Shown here piece by piece: positions 61,156-64,000 of a stretch of 64,000 nt of DNA; position 1 is the stretch's first letter, and each line of letters begins with the position of its first letter. Position numbers and translations under genes: made by a program. Location of the stretch: NCBI GenBank assembly GCA_002269645.1, contig NIVC01001185.1, forward strand, positions 186,001-250,000, read 5' to 3'. Source of the stretch: Macrostomum lignano. Lineage: Eukaryota. Below the pieces are notes generated by a model. The model made no database searches and had not been told where the DNA came from. It saw nothing but the letters and a program-made list of their open reading frames with translations.

Positions 61156-62575
61156 CTGCATGGACGACGGCTCCCAGCTGGCTTGCCGAGTGGTTCCGAC
61201 TGCCGTGATAGCGAGGGTGGCCCGCACTGTCGAGGTGCCAGCACGCAGTCGCATGATCGTTCCGGTGAGAGTGGACTCCTCCTCTGAGCAAGGGCTTTTC
61301 GAGCCGAACTCTGACTTCGCTGACAAGACGGGGCTGCTGTTGAACAGGGTGCTCGCGGTGTCGCGGTGTTGTACTGACTGGAGAGCTCTCAACGCGTGCA
61401 CTATCAAGGACGCCTACCCGCTGCCTCCGCTGTCCGTCGCCCTGGACGCGCTGACGGGGAGTAGCTGGTTCAGCACTCTCGACCTTCGACAGGGCTTTCT
61501 TCAGGTGGAGATCAGGGAGCAGGACCGCGAGAAGACTGTCTTCTACAGCACCCAGGGCCTGATGAAGTACAAGAAGCTGGGGTTCGGACGCACCGGAAAC
61601 CTTCCAGCGTCTCATGGACCTAACCATGTGCGGCATGAATTGGACGGAGGTGCTCACCTACATGGACGACCTGATCCTGTTCAGCTCGACGTTCGACAGC
61701 CATGTCCAGACGCTCGAGAAAGTCCTGGAAAGGCTCCAGTCAGCCGGTCTGAAGCTCAACAAGCGCAAGAGCTGCTTCTGCTACCAGGAGGTCGAGTACC
61801 TGGGTCACGTGATTTTAGCAGAAGGCATCCGTCTGACTCAGGAAAAGATCAGCGCGATAAAGGCCATCTCGACACCAACCTGCGCAGAGGACATCCGACG
61901 GCTGGTCGGCATGCTGGGGTTCTATCGCCGGTTCGTCCCGCACTTCGCCAGAATCGCCAGCCCGCTGCACCAGGCCACTCAAAAGGGACGGCGGTTCTCC
62001 TGGACGGAGGAGTGCGAGCGAGGCCTGCAGAAGCTGAAAGCAGCGCTGACTTCCCCACCGGTGCTGCGGCTGCCTGATTTCTCCAAAGAGTTCCAGCTGA
62101 CCTGCGACAGCAGCGGCGTGGCCATCGCCGGTGTCCTCAGTCAGCTCCACGAAGGTGTCGAGTGCCCGGTCGCCTACGCCTCGAGAGTGCTTAACAAGGC
62201 CGAGCGCAACTATTCAACGACTCACAGGGAGCTGCTGGCGATCGTGTGGGCGATGATCGCCTGCGATGATCGGCGCTGGTCGCCTGCCTGGACCACCAGC
62301 GTCATCCTTGACGCACAGCAGGCCGATGCGGTGCTGGCCGCCATTCGGAAGCTCTTGACAGGTCAGACACCGCGGCAAGGCAGGCCAGCGGTCGAGGCAG
62401 CAGCAATCGTGGCGGCCGAACGGCTGGAGATCGACGACGGCGGCATCATCAGGCGCGGCGGCGAGCCAGTCATTCCGTTGCAGCTCCGTCAGGAGCTGCT
62501 AAGGCTGGCGCACGATGACCCAGCGAGCGGACACCTCGGGCCCGAGCGAATTCTGGAAAGGATCGACGGCAAGGG
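61156..62575 (+). mobile_element. Gypsy/Ty3 pol fragment (RT, RNase H, start of integrase), degenerate
   Basis: DWRALN...DAYPLP, FSTLDL..GFLQV, YMDD, YLGHVI, FQLTCDSS, AERNYSTTHRELLAIVWA and AHD...GHLG, with deletions and frameshifts; no LTR recognised. Confidence 0.88.
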
Positions 62576-64000
62576 CTGGTTCTCACTCAATTTCATCTAT
62601 ACGCCTTCCTTCGCCACGGCCTTAGGCCACGCCTCTGCCACTGTCAGCCACGCGACTCTACTACTTAACTATCGAACTTGTTGTTGCGTAGCCGCCAGTG
62701 CACCGTTACGAATCCATCCTGTACCTTTGTTGACAATAAATCAAGTCTGCAGCCATTGATTGCATTAACATTAACTATAACTGATATTACGGCCAAGTGC
62801 TACCGCTACAAATTTGCCTCTGCCGCATTCATTTGCCTTCGCTTATTCTCGAGGCCGCCACACTAGTATTCGTCACACAATCGTATCTTAGCTATGAAAA
62901 GCTAGATAAAAAAGTACCTCATGGACGAATAAACTTAACATTATCGGCTACTCGTAAAGTACTAGGAATAATTGCTTCAATTTAGCTATTTCAACGATCG
63001 TTTCATTTTAACAAAGTTCCTCTTAGTCGGCACAGACAAGAAATAATTAAGAGATTTCATGTCAACTAGCAGTTTTATGGAAAATGAATTTAAATAAGTG
63101 GTTGAGAATCGGTTAGCTGAAGTACATTTCGAACTATAATCTAGCTAGCTATACATAAAATAACTATAGAGATCCCTGAGAGATCACAGATGGATATGAA
63201 TCTATCTAAATGTATAATAACAGCAGTATGTGGCAAACACTTTCTTCTTTTTTGACAGACTTTTTGGCAGGCAAAATGTTCCGAGAAGGAAATTATCGAT
63301 TTTAAAGAGCCCTCCATACAATAGTTTCAACTAGTATCGTAAAGACAGCTTTCCTGCTTTTATGTCAAAAATTTATTTAAGCGTTAATATTTACATGAAT
63401 AACTGCATTATAAAAAAATCTGACTCCTTCATTGGAAATGAAATGTTGAAAGATTGGTTAAATTACGCGTGAATTTTGTCACGGTACACTCCATCTTCAA
63501 CGTCACGGATCAGCGTATTTATTCGAGTACGAAATAAAAAGAGCAGCACGGGACTGCGTGCAGTGTGATGAGTGAGGCATGGCTCAAAAAAAGATAATTA
63601 CGCAAGTGTTCACGCGTGTACAATGTCTACATGTAGCTCAGGAACTATAGGATATACCATGCAGGCTTACAACTGCTTAGTTCATGTTGGGAACACTGCA
63701 ACGCCACCACTCTGAAATCGAATTATGACTTACTTTAATTAAAATCTTTAATAAAGCCATTAGTTAAGCTATTAATAAAGCCATTAGCCATTAAAATATA
63801 TGGACGTCAGACATCAGTCAAATTGTAACAGAAAACGAATTACTTTGTCAGTATCGTGGTCAAATAAAGTATGAGTCGCAAATTTTTTGCTTTTGACTGC
63901 ATGTTCATGATACTGGAGACGGGAAGAGAAGCAATTTGCCGGCAGAATTTTAGCCGCTCCTGTCTTTTCAATGTATTCTAAGTCATTGTATTCACACATT

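Overview
Eukaryotic (metazoan) genomic DNA with GT-AG introns, GC-rich exons in AT-rich spacers and dense repeats. The composition suggests a free-living flatworm such as Macrostomum, but that is an inference and was not verified. Host genes: the 5' part of a KCTD3/SHKBP1-like gene; an inverted pair of LamG/ConA-like genes, each damaged differently; an orphan Q/P-rich ORF; a four-exon gene of at least 2,533 aa fusing a ZNFX1-like SF1 helicase and NF-X1 zinc fingers to two tandem PARP-like ADP-ribosyltransferase domains; two PAN+C-type lectin paralogues; a TspanC8 tetraspanin; and a frameshifted lectin-like ORF. Mobile DNA: a decayed RNase H-bearing LINE carrying a nested SINE and foldback element, RTE-like fragments, CORE-type SINEs, MITEs, an intact DD34D mariner, rearranged Gypsy pol fragments, satellites and interstitial telomere-like repeats. 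The two strongest leads are (1) the ZNFX1-PARP-PARP fusion and (2) an intact Ingi-like LINE (41662-46421, 12-bp TSD). That LINE starts exactly at a predicted HDV-like ribozyme, encodes a 55-aa leader ending in the ubiquitin C-terminal motif VLRLRGG, and has a PHD-like finger inserted inside its endonuclease. All annotation was done by eye from the sequence and ORF track; no database searches were run.
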